Positions 9,412 to 18,312 of a stretch of 64,000 bases of DNA are shown here, one piece after another. The translations under genes and the position numbers were made by a program. This DNA is from Nitrospira sp. GTDB taxonomy: Bacteria > Nitrospirota > Nitrospiria > Nitrospirales > Nitrospiraceae. Location of the stretch: contig AP038806.1 of the NCBI GenBank assembly GCA_047150005.1, forward strand, positions 640,001 through 704,000, written 5' to 3'. The notes under the pieces were generated by a model. It was given only the letters and a program-made list of their open reading frames with translations. It did no database searches and was not told the origin of the DNA. Position 1 is the first letter of the stretch. Every line of letters begins with the position of its first letter.

Positions 9412-11328
9412 TTAGTGGCTGCCCGCCGGCTGCGGCGCGCTCCCCGGAACTCCAGCCTTGGCTTCAACCGGTACCTTCTTTACCGCCAAGCTACCAAGCC
9501 AAAAGACGAAGAGAATACTGATCCAGAAAAACAGCACATTGAACGAAATCATGTTGGCGGCAAAACCCACCGTATGTGTATAGGCCCAAGGGGAGTTATC
9601 GCGCATGATCTCGTTGACGTGCCAGAAGAGGCGGACGGAAGAGCGAATGTAGCCCATCAGTCCCATCATCCAGGTGAACGCGGTTGCCAGCATGATCAAT
9701 GCGTATTGGGATCGCGCAGAGATCTTGCCCCACTCGATCGGCCCCATCTGCTTGGCTCCCTTCATCATCACGCTGTTCAGCGCGAACATGAAGAACAGAC
9801 AGGACAGCGTTGTGGCCACCTGAGGCACCGACAGGCCGACGCGCACGTTGGCCGGAATGTAGTACCCATAGATCGCCAACCAGACGATGTTGACGTAGGC
9901 ACAGGCGAAGAACACGCCCATGAAAATGTTGCCGAACTTTGCCCAGGAAACGGTCGAAACCTTGTTGCCACGCATGTACCACACAAAGCTCAAAACGGTT
10001 GTGGTGATGATGACATTGATACCGCCGTTTTTCGCCGACATGACACCGTAGTTACCCAACACCGGATGCTGCTGACCGCCCATCGCCTTAAGCTCGGCAG
10101 GCGTCATGACCATCGTGTGCGGAGTGATGAACACCAAAAACCCGACCGCGAGAAGAAATACGAGATACTTAATGTATCGCTGATACTTTTCCGCCCCCCG
10201 CATCCGACCCATCGCCTGCCACAGATAGTAGTTGGTGCTCAGGAACAGAATGCCGATCATGGTCGCCTGAATGATGAAGAGCCACGCCAGCAGGCCGCCC
10301 ATGAGCGTGATGCCCATCTGCTGCCGGTACGCATACACTTCGCGCATGAGCCAGTAGCCGGCGAACGGCAGCGGGATCAGGAACGCCACGCCGAGGGCCA
10401 TGGCGATATAACCCATCCAGTCATAGTGGGCACGATCTTCCTCGGTCTTGGCCGCCAGGAACTTATAGGCCGCGTAGGCTGCAACGACACCGCCGCCGAA
10501 CGCCATGTTACCGAGAATCCGGTGCACATTGAGGGGGTTCCACAATGCGGTATGAATCACGTGCCAGATGTTACCGAGGAAACGACCCTGCTCATCGACT
10601 CCGGCCGGAGACATCATGAAACCGATCCAGGAGTTGGCCAGGAACATGAGCAATGTGCCGATGACGTTCAGGACGACGGACATGCTCAAGTGGATCCACT
10701 TGAGGAATCCCTCCTTCATCTTGTCCCAGCCGTAGTAGTAAATGTAGAGCGTTCCACTCTCGGCCACGAACATCAACGCGTAAATGTGCATGACAGGGCG
10801 GAAGATACTGGAGAGATAGCCGAAAAATGCCGGATAGAGAGTCAAGAACGTGAAGATCAAGATACCGCCCAAAATCGCCGTCAACGAATAGGCCGTCAGA
10901 CTGATCTTGATGAAGTCATAGGCAAGTTGATCATAGCGTTTTGCAAGTGCCTTGTCTTTCGTCACCACCCCCATGAACTCGATGACCATACAGAAGATCG
11001 GCACAGCCAAAACGAAGCTGCCATAGTAGAGGTGTTGCTGATTCGCGAACCAGAGCAACACGCGGCTCTCGAAGTTGTACCGCGGATAGTCCTTCGGACC
11101 ATCGGTCGTCTTGGGTGCCGGAGCGCCGACCACAATCCCTTCGGTCTTGTAGTAGACATCGCGCCCCTTCTCGACCTTGTCCCCCTCCTTCTTTGCCCCG
11201 TCAGCCGCTGGAGCCTCTTCACCGGATGCCGGTGTCGGCAGCGACATGACGATGGGAAACAGGAGGAGGCCAACCATCGCGCACAGCGCCATGATTGAAA
11301 ATACTTTCTTTCGGGTTGCAAGACCCAT
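9412..11328 (-). CDS. Cytochrome bd-like oxidase subunit I (divergent CydA homolog), paralog 1
   Basis: Polytopic membrane protein with QQHLY, FVAES..YYYGWD, ANSWIGFMMSPAG, NPLNVHR. Start at MGLATRKK with AGGAGG RBS. Confidence 0.85.
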   Translation of the reverse strand: MGLATRKKVFSIMALCAMVGLLLFPIVMSLPTPASGEEAPAADGAKKEGDKVEKGRDVYYKTEGIVVGAPAPKTTDGPKDYPRYNFESRVLLWFANQQHLYYGSFVLAVPIFCMVIEFMGVVTKDKALAKRYDQLAYDFIKISLTAYSLTAILGGILIFTFLTLYPAFFGYLSSIFRPVMHIYALMFVAESGTLYIYYYGWDKMKEGFLKWIHLSMSVVLNVIGTLLMFLANSWIGFMMSPAGVDEQGRFLGNIWHVIHTALWNPLNVHRILGNMAFGGGVVAAYAAYKFLAAKTEEDRAHYDWMGYIAMALGVAFLIPLPFAGYWLMREVYAYRQQMGITLMGGLLAWLFIIQATMIGILFLSTNYYLWQAMGRMRGAEKYQRYIKYLVFLLAVGFLVFITPHTMVMTPAELKAMGGQQHPVLGNYGVMSAKNGGINVIITTTVLSFVWYMRGNKVSTVSWAKFGNIFMGVFFACAYVNIVWLAIYGYYIPANVRVGLSVPQVATTLSCLFFMFALNSVMMKGAKQMGPIEWGKISARSQYALIMLATAFTWMMGLMGYIRSSVRLFWHVNEIMRDNSPWAYTHTVGFAANMISFNVLFFWISILFVFWLGSLAVKKVPVEAKAGVPGSAPQPAGSH

Positions 11329-11403
11329 GGGATACCTCCTTGATGCAATACAACAAAGACTCATGGCAAAGTTCCAGACATTCACGGAATCGCACTTCGT
11401 TCC

Positions 11404-11526
11404 CTACTTGCGGAACAGATACCAGTAGTCCAATCCCTGCATGTCCATTAGAAAATGGTCGACCAAGGTGAAATAGGCAACACAGATGATTAACGAAATC
11501 ACACCGTAAACGATTGCCTGACCCAT
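11404..11526 (-). CDS. 40-aa single-TM microprotein MGQAIVYGVISLIICVAYFTLVDHFLMDMQGLDYWYLFRK
   Basis: Translated by hand. Strong RBS GAGGAGGAG. Directly upstream of the bd-like gene. Below the ORF-track length cutoff. Confidence 0.8.
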   Translation of the reverse strand: MGQAIVYGVISLIICVAYFTLVDHFLMDMQGLDYWYLFRK

Positions 11527-11589
11527 TTTGTTATCTCCTCCTCAACTCGAGAACGCGTTCAGGGATTTCTCACGCCGAATGGCCCTGGC

Positions 11590-11712
11590 TCAGCAGGGGC
11601 ACTGGACGCCGGCAAACCAATAAAAGAACCACAAACCAACCGCACAGGTGATGTAGAAAATCATCTTGCCGATCTTCACCTTGATGTCGCTGTCCGCTGT
11701 TGCCGTTGCCAT
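11590..11712 (-). CDS. 40-aa single-TM microprotein MATATADSDIKVKIGKMIFYITCAVGLWFFYWFAGVQCPC
   Basis: Translated by hand. RBS AGAAGGAG. First gene after the consensus promoter. Ends in CPC. Confidence 0.8.
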   Translation of the reverse strand: MATATADSDIKVKIGKMIFYITCAVGLWFFYWFAGVQCPC

Positions 11713-11768
11713 TGGTTCTCCTTCTCTAGACTGGAATGATAGGTAAGCGCATGTATTCAGGCATTATC

Positions 11769-11797
11769 TTGACACGGGCATATGCGTGTGTTATTCA
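11769..11797 (+). promoter_or_regulatory. Possible sigma70 promoter, antisense to the oxidase operon leader
   Basis: TTGACA-N17-TATTCA with TGn extended -10; the -10 is imperfect. Confidence 0.4.
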
Positions 11798-11833
11798 AAT
11801 TTTGTCGTTGGGCGCGAAAAAACAGGGAAAATC

Positions 11834-11938
11834 ATGGCAAAGAACTCAAAAGTGTTCGACATTATAGTTTTGGCCGGTATGGTTGTCAATATAATTTTGG
11901 CCGTCTTTCTGATCCTCTACTACTTCGACTTCCTTTAA
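11834..11938 (+). CDS. Putative 34-aa membrane micropeptide MAKNSKVFDIIVLAGMVVNIILAVFLILYYFDFL
   Basis: ATG after AGGGA, basic N-terminus plus one TM helix. Stop overlaps the stop of the convergent gene at 11935. Confidence 0.45.
   Translation: MAKNSKVFDIIVLAGMVVNIILAVFLILYYFDFL
11861..11889 (-). promoter_or_regulatory. Perfect consensus sigma70 promoter of the microprotein/bd-like/cytochrome operon
   Basis: Minus strand TTGACA-ACCATACCGGCCAAAAC (17 nt)-TATAAT. Confidence 0.85.
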
Positions 11939-12837
11939 TTATTTCCGCTAGTTCCATCACTTTTTCTGGCGGTTTTCTGGTCCGAAATCGCGCACCGAAA
12001 TCCGATGGTCTCATCGCGGAAGTCCGGTACCATCTTGCTCCGACTGGTAATACGTAAATCGTGTCCCGTGGTGGTATACGCCCCCCCTCGCAAGACACGA
12101 TAGGTGCCATATTCCGGGCTCAGCGGGTTCTGCTCCAGAGAGTCTTGGTAGGACGTCTCCGCATACCAATCCCCCACCCATTCCATCACGTTTCCAGCAC
12201 CGTCCATGACCCCGTAGGGGCTCTTGTCCAATGGGAAGGATCCTACCCGTGCCGACACGTCATGACCGTCGTTTACCCTCCCCCAGTTTGCTCCATTGGG
12301 CTGTTCACGATCGCCCCAGGGCCATAGCCGCCCGTCGGCGCCCCGCATGGCCTTTTCCCACTCCGCTTCAGTCGGCAAGCGCTTGCCTCTCCAACGGCAA
12401 TACTCGAACGCATCATCCCAGGACACGTATACGGCCGGTTGGTTGATCCCACGCATCTTGCCGATGCTCTTGGCGTAGCGGGAAGGTGGACCGGCCTTGC
12501 GATGACCAGTGGCTGTGACGAACTGTTGATACTGATGGTTTGTGACTTCGTAGCGATCGATCTTGAAGGCATCCAGCACAATCGTGCGCTGAGGGTGCTC
12601 GTCAAATCCTCCGTCCATCGTTCCCCTCAAGAACGGACCAGCGGGAATTGCGACCATGTCTTCGGCGACGGGCTCCTCTTTGGCATCCACTTCCATCGGC
12701 TCCGGAATCGACTCAGTCTGGGAAGAGGAATCTTCTAGCGGGGTAAGAGATGTTCCGCGAAGAATGCCCATAATGGGCAACGCAGCAAAGGCGAGCACCG
12801 TGAGCAGGAAGGCGACCTTGAATTTGGTTTCGAGCAT
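11935..12837 (-). CDS. FGE-sulfatase (SUMF1) domain protein, membrane anchored
   Basis: YEVTN, RLPTEAEWEKA, GNVMEW, RGG, GFRCA; N-terminal TM. Confidence 0.88.
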   Translation of the reverse strand: MLETKFKVAFLLTVLAFAALPIMGILRGTSLTPLEDSSSQTESIPEPMEVDAKEEPVAEDMVAIPAGPFLRGTMDGGFDEHPQRTIVLDAFKIDRYEVTNHQYQQFVTATGHRKAGPPSRYAKSIGKMRGINQPAVYVSWDDAFEYCRWRGKRLPTEAEWEKAMRGADGRLWPWGDREQPNGANWGRVNDGHDVSARVGSFPLDKSPYGVMDGAGNVMEWVGDWYAETSYQDSLEQNPLSPEYGTYRVLRGGAYTTTGHDLRITSRSKMVPDFRDETIGFRCAISDQKTARKSDGTSGNN

Positions 12838-12845
12838 AACCAGGG

Positions 12846-13763
12846 CTATGACGCCGAGGGATTTCCTCCAGCGTCGGCATCACTGGCGCAGCGGATACCG
12901 ATCGTGATGTCGGTCCGCCAGTGTTTGGCGGCAAAGCGTTTCGACAATCTTGTGTTATGTTCCGTTTCTCTCCACGACCCCCCGCGAACAACCTTCAGAT
13001 CTCCGTTTTCCGGCCCCTTGGGATCCCGATACGGAGACTTCTTATAATAATTTTCATCGTAGGTATCGGCCACCCATTCCGCCACATTGCCCGTCATATC
13101 GTGCAGACCGTAAGGACTTCTACCCGAATCAAACGAACCGGGCGGTGCCAAATAACGATATCCGTCCTCGCTTCCGTCCACATTGGCCCGCCCCGTGACG
13201 AACGCATCCCCCCACGGATACTTTCGTTTGCCTTCGCCCCGCCCGGCCTTCTCCCACTCCGCCTCCGTCGGCAACCGCTTCCCTGCCCATTTGCAGTAGG
13301 CATTGGCGTCGTCCCAGGACACGCTCATCGCGGCAAACTCGGGTTTCAGCAGCTTCGACTGGTCATCTTCGAATACCTCGATCCTCGGCATCGCTCGTCT
13401 CGTCATTTTGGCGAAGCGCGCATATTCATCCTGCGTCACTTCATCGCGATCCAGATAAAACCCCTTGAGAAAAACCTGGTGCTCCGGGGCTTCGTCTGGA
13501 TCTCCGTCTTTGCTTCCCATCATAAAGGGACCTTCGGGAATATGAACCATCTCTCGCCCTTCGTCGCCTATTCTCGTCTTGTACATGGAGTAGTCCTGTG
13601 CCGGACCGGCACTCGCAGTTGGCTGACTTTCAGTCTTAATGGACTGCGCTAGCTGCTTCATCTTGTAGGCCTTATTCGACTCCCAGAGCATCATGCCGAT
13701 CATGAGCGCAAAGGAGCCGAACACAAAAATGATTGATCCAATGAGCACGCCTCTGTTTTCCAT
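12846..13763 (-). CDS. FGE-sulfatase (SUMF1) domain protein, membrane anchored
   Basis: RLPTEAEWEKA, GNVAEW, RGGSW, GIRCA; N-terminal TM. Confidence 0.88.
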   Translation of the reverse strand: MENRGVLIGSIIFVFGSFALMIGMMLWESNKAYKMKQLAQSIKTESQPTASAGPAQDYSMYKTRIGDEGREMVHIPEGPFMMGSKDGDPDEAPEHQVFLKGFYLDRDEVTQDEYARFAKMTRRAMPRIEVFEDDQSKLLKPEFAAMSVSWDDANAYCKWAGKRLPTEAEWEKAGRGEGKRKYPWGDAFVTGRANVDGSEDGYRYLAPPGSFDSGRSPYGLHDMTGNVAEWVADTYDENYYKKSPYRDPKGPENGDLKVVRGGSWRETEHNTRLSKRFAAKHWRTDITIGIRCASDADAGGNPSAS

Positions 13764-13796
13764 AGTGTTCCGATTCCCTTCGCCCGAGGTTTACGC

Positions 13797-14174
13797 TCAT
13801 GTGGAGGGTTCGACTGGTTCAGGCACGTTCTTCCTCGCTGCGCGAATATCGAGCAGCATGGAGATTTGAACCCCGAGGAATCCCCCCATCGCCGCCCCCG
13901 CCCCAGCCCCGACCCAGATGCGATCGGTACCGGCGACCAACCAGGCCAGTGCTCCACCCAGGACGGTTCCAATCAGGATACTCACCAAAAATCTGCGCCC
14001 GCCGAGCAACCCGATCACCCCGCCGAGTACGAGCCCTAACCCGACGGCCACCGGCATCAGGCCGCTCCCCATGATGAATCCGATCAGGGTCCCCACCGTT
14101 CCCATGACCGTCATGCCGAATGCGATATCGAACAGCTTCTGATGTGGCATCGGAATGCTCCGGCCGATTTCCAT
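13797..14174 (-). CDS. Small glycine-rich membrane protein
   Basis: Hydrophobic helices with GxxxG repeats. Start may be 14150. Confidence 0.7.
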   Translation of the reverse strand: MEIGRSIPMPHQKLFDIAFGMTVMGTVGTLIGFIMGSGLMPVAVGLGLVLGGVIGLLGGRRFLVSILIGTVLGGALAWLVAGTDRIWVGAGAGAAMGGFLGVQISMLLDIRAARKNVPEPVEPST

Positions 14175-14195
14175 GGTGGACAGCTGCGCGAAGAC

Positions 14196-14831
14196 CTATT
14201 TTTTTGCCGCGCTGGCGGTCATTGGTCCGAAATCGATGTCGACTCCTGGACCTGCAATGATGGAGATCCCCCACGCCTTGGGTGCAGGTTCATGCTGATG
14301 AATTCGTTTAAAGTCATCGTACACATTCACCTGCTCCTCGAACCATCGTCCGATCTCACCGGCCCCGCTTTGCACCACGATTTCCGATCCGCTGAACATC
14401 CCGCCCTCAGTCAGCGTCCCATCCGGCTTTGTTGCGCTCCACACGTACTTCGTGAAGACGGGAATAAACAGGAGGTCCGTATCCAACGATGCGTAGATGG
14501 CCGCCAACGGCTCCGTCCCAGCCGCCGCCTTGTTCAAGCGCCAACGCCAGGTGAGCACCGGATAGGCCTTGGGGTCCCAATCGATCTTCTTCTTCTTGAT
14601 TCGCTGCCCGGCATCCTTTGCGGACAAATAACTGGATCCGTTTTCCGTTTGCACCTTGTAGGCCTCGCGACCTTTGGAATGGCTCCGCTGGCTTTCATGA
14701 TCCCAATTCGAGGGGAACCCGTCGGCGTCCCTGGCCTGGAAATCCTCCAAGACCAACGTCTGGCCCTGCCCGACGGCGGAGCCTTGCGCGATCACCAGAC
14801 CACCGAACAACAACGCGAGCATCAACCTCAT
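14196..14831 (-). CDS. Secreted DUF3047-like protein
   Basis: Signal peptide after AGGAGG RBS; PVLTWRW, KYVWS, GRWFEEQVNVYDDF. Confidence 0.7.
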   Translation of the reverse strand: MRLMLALLFGGLVIAQGSAVGQGQTLVLEDFQARDADGFPSNWDHESQRSHSKGREAYKVQTENGSSYLSAKDAGQRIKKKKIDWDPKAYPVLTWRWRLNKAAAGTEPLAAIYASLDTDLLFIPVFTKYVWSATKPDGTLTEGGMFSGSEIVVQSGAGEIGRWFEEQVNVYDDFKRIHQHEPAPKAWGISIIAGPGVDIDFGPMTASAAKK

Positions 14832-14872
14832 GCGAAACGTCCCTCCTGACACGTGTCGGTCCATCGTCTCGA

Positions 14873-16744
14873 TCAAGCTTCCTGCGATGGAATGGGCGCC
14901 AGCGTCGAGGATTTCTCCCCGTCGAATTCCTCTCCAAATGCCTCCTGCTGGCCTCGCTGGCACATCCAGAACAGGGCAAACACCGCACTCCAAAACACCA
15001 CCATGTTGAGCGTGACCATCTTCGCCGCAAACTCGAGGTCAGGGGTGAACGCCCACGGAGACACATCGGCCATCAAGTCGGTGACATGCCACGACAAGCG
15101 CCCCGATGAACGGATGTAGCCCATGAGACCCATCACCCACGTGAACGCCGCCGCCAGCCCGAAGAGCCCGACCATGCCGCGAACCGGAATCTTGCCCCAC
15201 TGAACCGGCCCATGGACGACCGCGTGCTTGAGCATGGCCCGGTTGATCAGCACCGAAGCAAACATCACGGTCAGGGTCGTCGCGGCCTGTGGCGCCGACA
15301 AACCGACGCGTATTTTTGCCGGCAGATAGAAACCGTATAGCGACAGCCAAATCACATTGACGAATCCCACCGCGAACAACAGGCCGATCGCGAGATTTCC
15401 CGTCTTGACCCAGGAGACGGTCATCGTCCGATTGGCCCGTCGGTAGTACAGAAAGCTAAGCGTGGTGAGAAGAATCAGAACATTGATCGCGCCGTTCTTG
15501 GCCGACATGACGCCGTAATTTCCCACAACGGGATGTTGGGCGCCTCCCATGGCTTTGACTTCACCGGCCGACATCAACACCGTATGAGGCGTCAGCCACA
15601 CGAAGAGCGCCAGCGTCAGCGCGCCGAGCAGAATCTGATAATAGGGCTGATACCGCTCCCCTCCCTTGATCCGAGCCATGCTCTGCCAGATGTAGTAGTT
15701 CACGCCCAGAAAAAGCGCGCCGATCAGGAGCGCCTGCACGACGAACAGCCAGGTGAGCAACCCGCCCATCATGGTCACGCCCATGCTTTGGCTGAAGGCA
15801 TAGACGGACCGCATCAGCCAGTATCCAGCGATTGGCATGGGAAGCAAGGCACAGACGGTGACAAAGAGGAAGATGTAGCCGACCCAATCGAAGTACGCCC
15901 GCTCTCCGTCGGTCTTGCTGGTGAAGAACCGATAACATGCGTACGCGAGCACGACAGCGCCCCCGGACATGATGTCCGCGAGGAATCGATGGACATTCAA
16001 TGGATTCCACAATGCGGAATGCAAGAGGTGCCAGCCATTGCCCAAGAACCGTCCCGTCGAATCGACCCCGGCCGGCGCCATCATGAATGCGGACCAGGCA
16101 TTGGCCAATAAGAGCAGCGCAGTCCCGAATATATTGGTCAGAATACCGATCGCCGCATGAATCCATTTCAAGCCCGGCTCCGCCATTCGATTCCAGCTGT
16201 AGTAGTAGAGAATCAACAACAGCGATTCGCCGACGAACACGATGGCATAGGCCGGCATGAAATCCTTGAAGGTCCCCCCCATGTACTTCATGAAACTTGG
16301 GTAGAACCAGATGAACAGGCCCAGCATGAGACTGCCGACCACGGCCGTGACCGACAGGGCCAAGAGCGCGACTTTTGCCAAGTCCCTCGCCAGTCCGTCG
16401 TATCGGAGCGACAAGGAGGGATTTTTCGTGATGAGACCGATGAATTCCAGCAAGGCGCAGAACAAGGGCAGCGCGAGGACGAATCCTCCGAAATAGGTGT
16501 GCTGTTGCGTCACGAACCACACCAGCAATCGGCTGTCCATCGAACCGATCCGTGAATAGACCGTTTCGTGAGGCGTCGGAGCCGGCGGCCCTTGCGGCAC
16601 ACCTTCCATTTTGAAATAGATATCGGCGCCGCTGTCGGCCAACGCCGGAAGGGTCATGCCCATCCACCCTCCAGCAGTCGCAAGGAGATAGACGAAGAAG
16701 AGCGGCATGACCACGCGTACAGACCTTGTCTTTGAGGCAACCAT
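14873..16744 (-). CDS. Cytochrome bd-like oxidase subunit I, paralog 2
   Basis: Visibly homologous to 9412-11328 (QQHTY, NPLNVHR, HPVVGNYGVMSAKNG, GLMGYIRSSGRLSWHV). Start trimmed to MVASK. Confidence 0.85.
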   Translation of the reverse strand: MVASKTRSVRVVMPLFFVYLLATAGGWMGMTLPALADSGADIYFKMEGVPQGPPAPTPHETVYSRIGSMDSRLLVWFVTQQHTYFGGFVLALPLFCALLEFIGLITKNPSLSLRYDGLARDLAKVALLALSVTAVVGSLMLGLFIWFYPSFMKYMGGTFKDFMPAYAIVFVGESLLLILYYYSWNRMAEPGLKWIHAAIGILTNIFGTALLLLANAWSAFMMAPAGVDSTGRFLGNGWHLLHSALWNPLNVHRFLADIMSGGAVVLAYACYRFFTSKTDGERAYFDWVGYIFLFVTVCALLPMPIAGYWLMRSVYAFSQSMGVTMMGGLLTWLFVVQALLIGALFLGVNYYIWQSMARIKGGERYQPYYQILLGALTLALFVWLTPHTVLMSAGEVKAMGGAQHPVVGNYGVMSAKNGAINVLILLTTLSFLYYRRANRTMTVSWVKTGNLAIGLLFAVGFVNVIWLSLYGFYLPAKIRVGLSAPQAATTLTVMFASVLINRAMLKHAVVHGPVQWGKIPVRGMVGLFGLAAAFTWVMGLMGYIRSSGRLSWHVTDLMADVSPWAFTPDLEFAAKMVTLNMVVFWSAVFALFWMCQRGQQEAFGEEFDGEKSSTLAPIPSQEA

Positions 16745-16748
16745 CGCG

Positions 16749-17801
16749 TCAGACCTTTGAGGTTGATGGCGCGGCCAAAGAGGCACCCGCGCCGGACTTT
16801 CCCAATATGCCCATGACAAACGGACAGCGAAGCATCGCGGCGCTCACTTCGGGAGCCTGTTGATCCTCAATGCGGCGACGATGGCCCAGATAATACCCGT
16901 ACAGGCCCATCAGTGCCGCGACCATCCCACCAGCTACCGCCGCGCACCATGTAGGAACACCCGGCTCCCTCGCCACAAAGATCACGACGCCTGCCGCAAC
17001 CAGGTAATAGGTGGACGCGAAGGCCATGCCGGGCCACCACCAGTACTTCAGGGATTCGCTGACCTTGGTATCGAGCAATCCAGCAGTCCATGAAACTTGC
17101 GGCCGCATCCCGCTGAGATAGGCACACAACGCGATGGTCCCTCCCACAAGGGTCACCCCGGCCAGTTGCACGATCAGCGCGATTTGGTCCGTCTGCACAA
17201 GATGACCGAGAGAGGCGCCCAGGGCTCCTGCGACCACTCCCGCCGCAACCCATGGTGCCCACAGCGCAGATCGAGAGCCGACCAATTCACGCAACGGAGC
17301 TCCGTTTGGAAAGGTGGTGAACGGTCGCCCCATAATCTGCATTTTCCTCACGTGACCGATCTCAAACGCATCGCGAGCCACGGCGGTGCAGGAAATGATC
17401 ATGGCCATCATCGCCGGACCGTCCGGATGTTGGAGATAGTCGTACCCCACGAGCCAGAGCAGCGCGAGGACCAGAAGCGACAACTGTATTCCGTACGCAA
17501 ACCCGATCCAACCGGTCATCCACATCAACAGACGTGCTCCGTCCTGCTCACCGATGGCCCGCCAGTCACTGGCACGGCCAACACGATAGGAGGCCAACGA
17601 GGTCACGAGCCCCAGCACCCCACAGGCCAGGAGCAGGACCCACGGCTCCGATAACGGGAGCAGGTGCTTGGCAAGCCGATAGCACCCGAAGGCTACCATT
17701 CCGGGCGCGAACATCACGATCCGCTTTTTCTTACGGACCGCGGCCTCCGTCACAGCGAGACTGAGACTGGGCAAGACTCGCAACGCCATCCGATGCAACA
17801 T
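16749..17801 (-). CDS. Polytopic membrane protein of unknown function
   Basis: Multiple TM segments, tightly packed in the operon, C-terminal RCPF. Confidence 0.7.
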   Translation of the reverse strand: MLHRMALRVLPSLSLAVTEAAVRKKKRIVMFAPGMVAFGCYRLAKHLLPLSEPWVLLLACGVLGLVTSLASYRVGRASDWRAIGEQDGARLLMWMTGWIGFAYGIQLSLLVLALLWLVGYDYLQHPDGPAMMAMIISCTAVARDAFEIGHVRKMQIMGRPFTTFPNGAPLRELVGSRSALWAPWVAAGVVAGALGASLGHLVQTDQIALIVQLAGVTLVGGTIALCAYLSGMRPQVSWTAGLLDTKVSESLKYWWWPGMAFASTYYLVAAGVVIFVAREPGVPTWCAAVAGGMVAALMGLYGYYLGHRRRIEDQQAPEVSAAMLRCPFVMGILGKSGAGASLAAPSTSKV

Positions 17802-17808
17802 GACTCTC

Positions 17809-18309
17809 TTACCGCGCGTCCTTTGTTGCGCCCATTCCAAAGTAACGGGCCTTCACTTCTTCCATCAGCGCAACCGTGATGCGGTTGGTCCCTCGTTCCG
17901 CTGCGGTTCGCTCCAACTCGATTCTCGCCATCGCACGAACGGCGGACGGCACATTGTCCAAACGACGCTCGGCCTCCGGTTCCCACTCAATCCGTTGGCC
18001 GGTCAGAGGGCCCAGTAGCCTGTCGTAAGTGACCACCCGTTCGTTGCCGACACGCAAACATTGTTCGACGTCATCCCGGATTAACTCGGCAAGGTAGGGC
18101 GGCATACGCTCCAACCGGTGAAGCGCTTCGTCCGTCCACATCATTCGATCAACGAAACCTCCCGACTCCCCCGCCGGCACCTCAACTCCGACCCTCAGGC
18201 CGCAGTCCCGGCATTCCGAGCGCACAAACCATCGGGGAGATCCAGCGTCGTCGATCCGCTCCTCGATACCCTCGCTATGCATCCAGCGCCCGCACCCGCA
18301 GGTCAGCAT
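17809..18309 (-). CDS. PCP reductase (PCP_red) domain protein with N-terminal Zn ribbon
   Basis: CGCG...CRDC, then two repeats WTDEALHRLERMP and WEPEAERRLDNVPSAVR. Confidence 0.75.
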   Translation of the reverse strand: MLTCGCGRWMHSEGIEERIDDAGSPRWFVRSECRDCGLRVGVEVPAGESGGFVDRMMWTDEALHRLERMPPYLAELIRDDVEQCLRVGNERVVTYDRLLGPLTGQRIEWEPEAERRLDNVPSAVRAMARIELERTAAERGTNRITVALMEEVKARYFGMGATKDAR

Positions 18310-18312
18310 GGC

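Noticed and set aside
5094..11298. Long plus-strand ORFs (5094-6509, 8401-9402, 9415-11298)
   Set aside because: Antisense shadows of well-supported minus-strand genes, expected from high-GC codon bias; no motifs.
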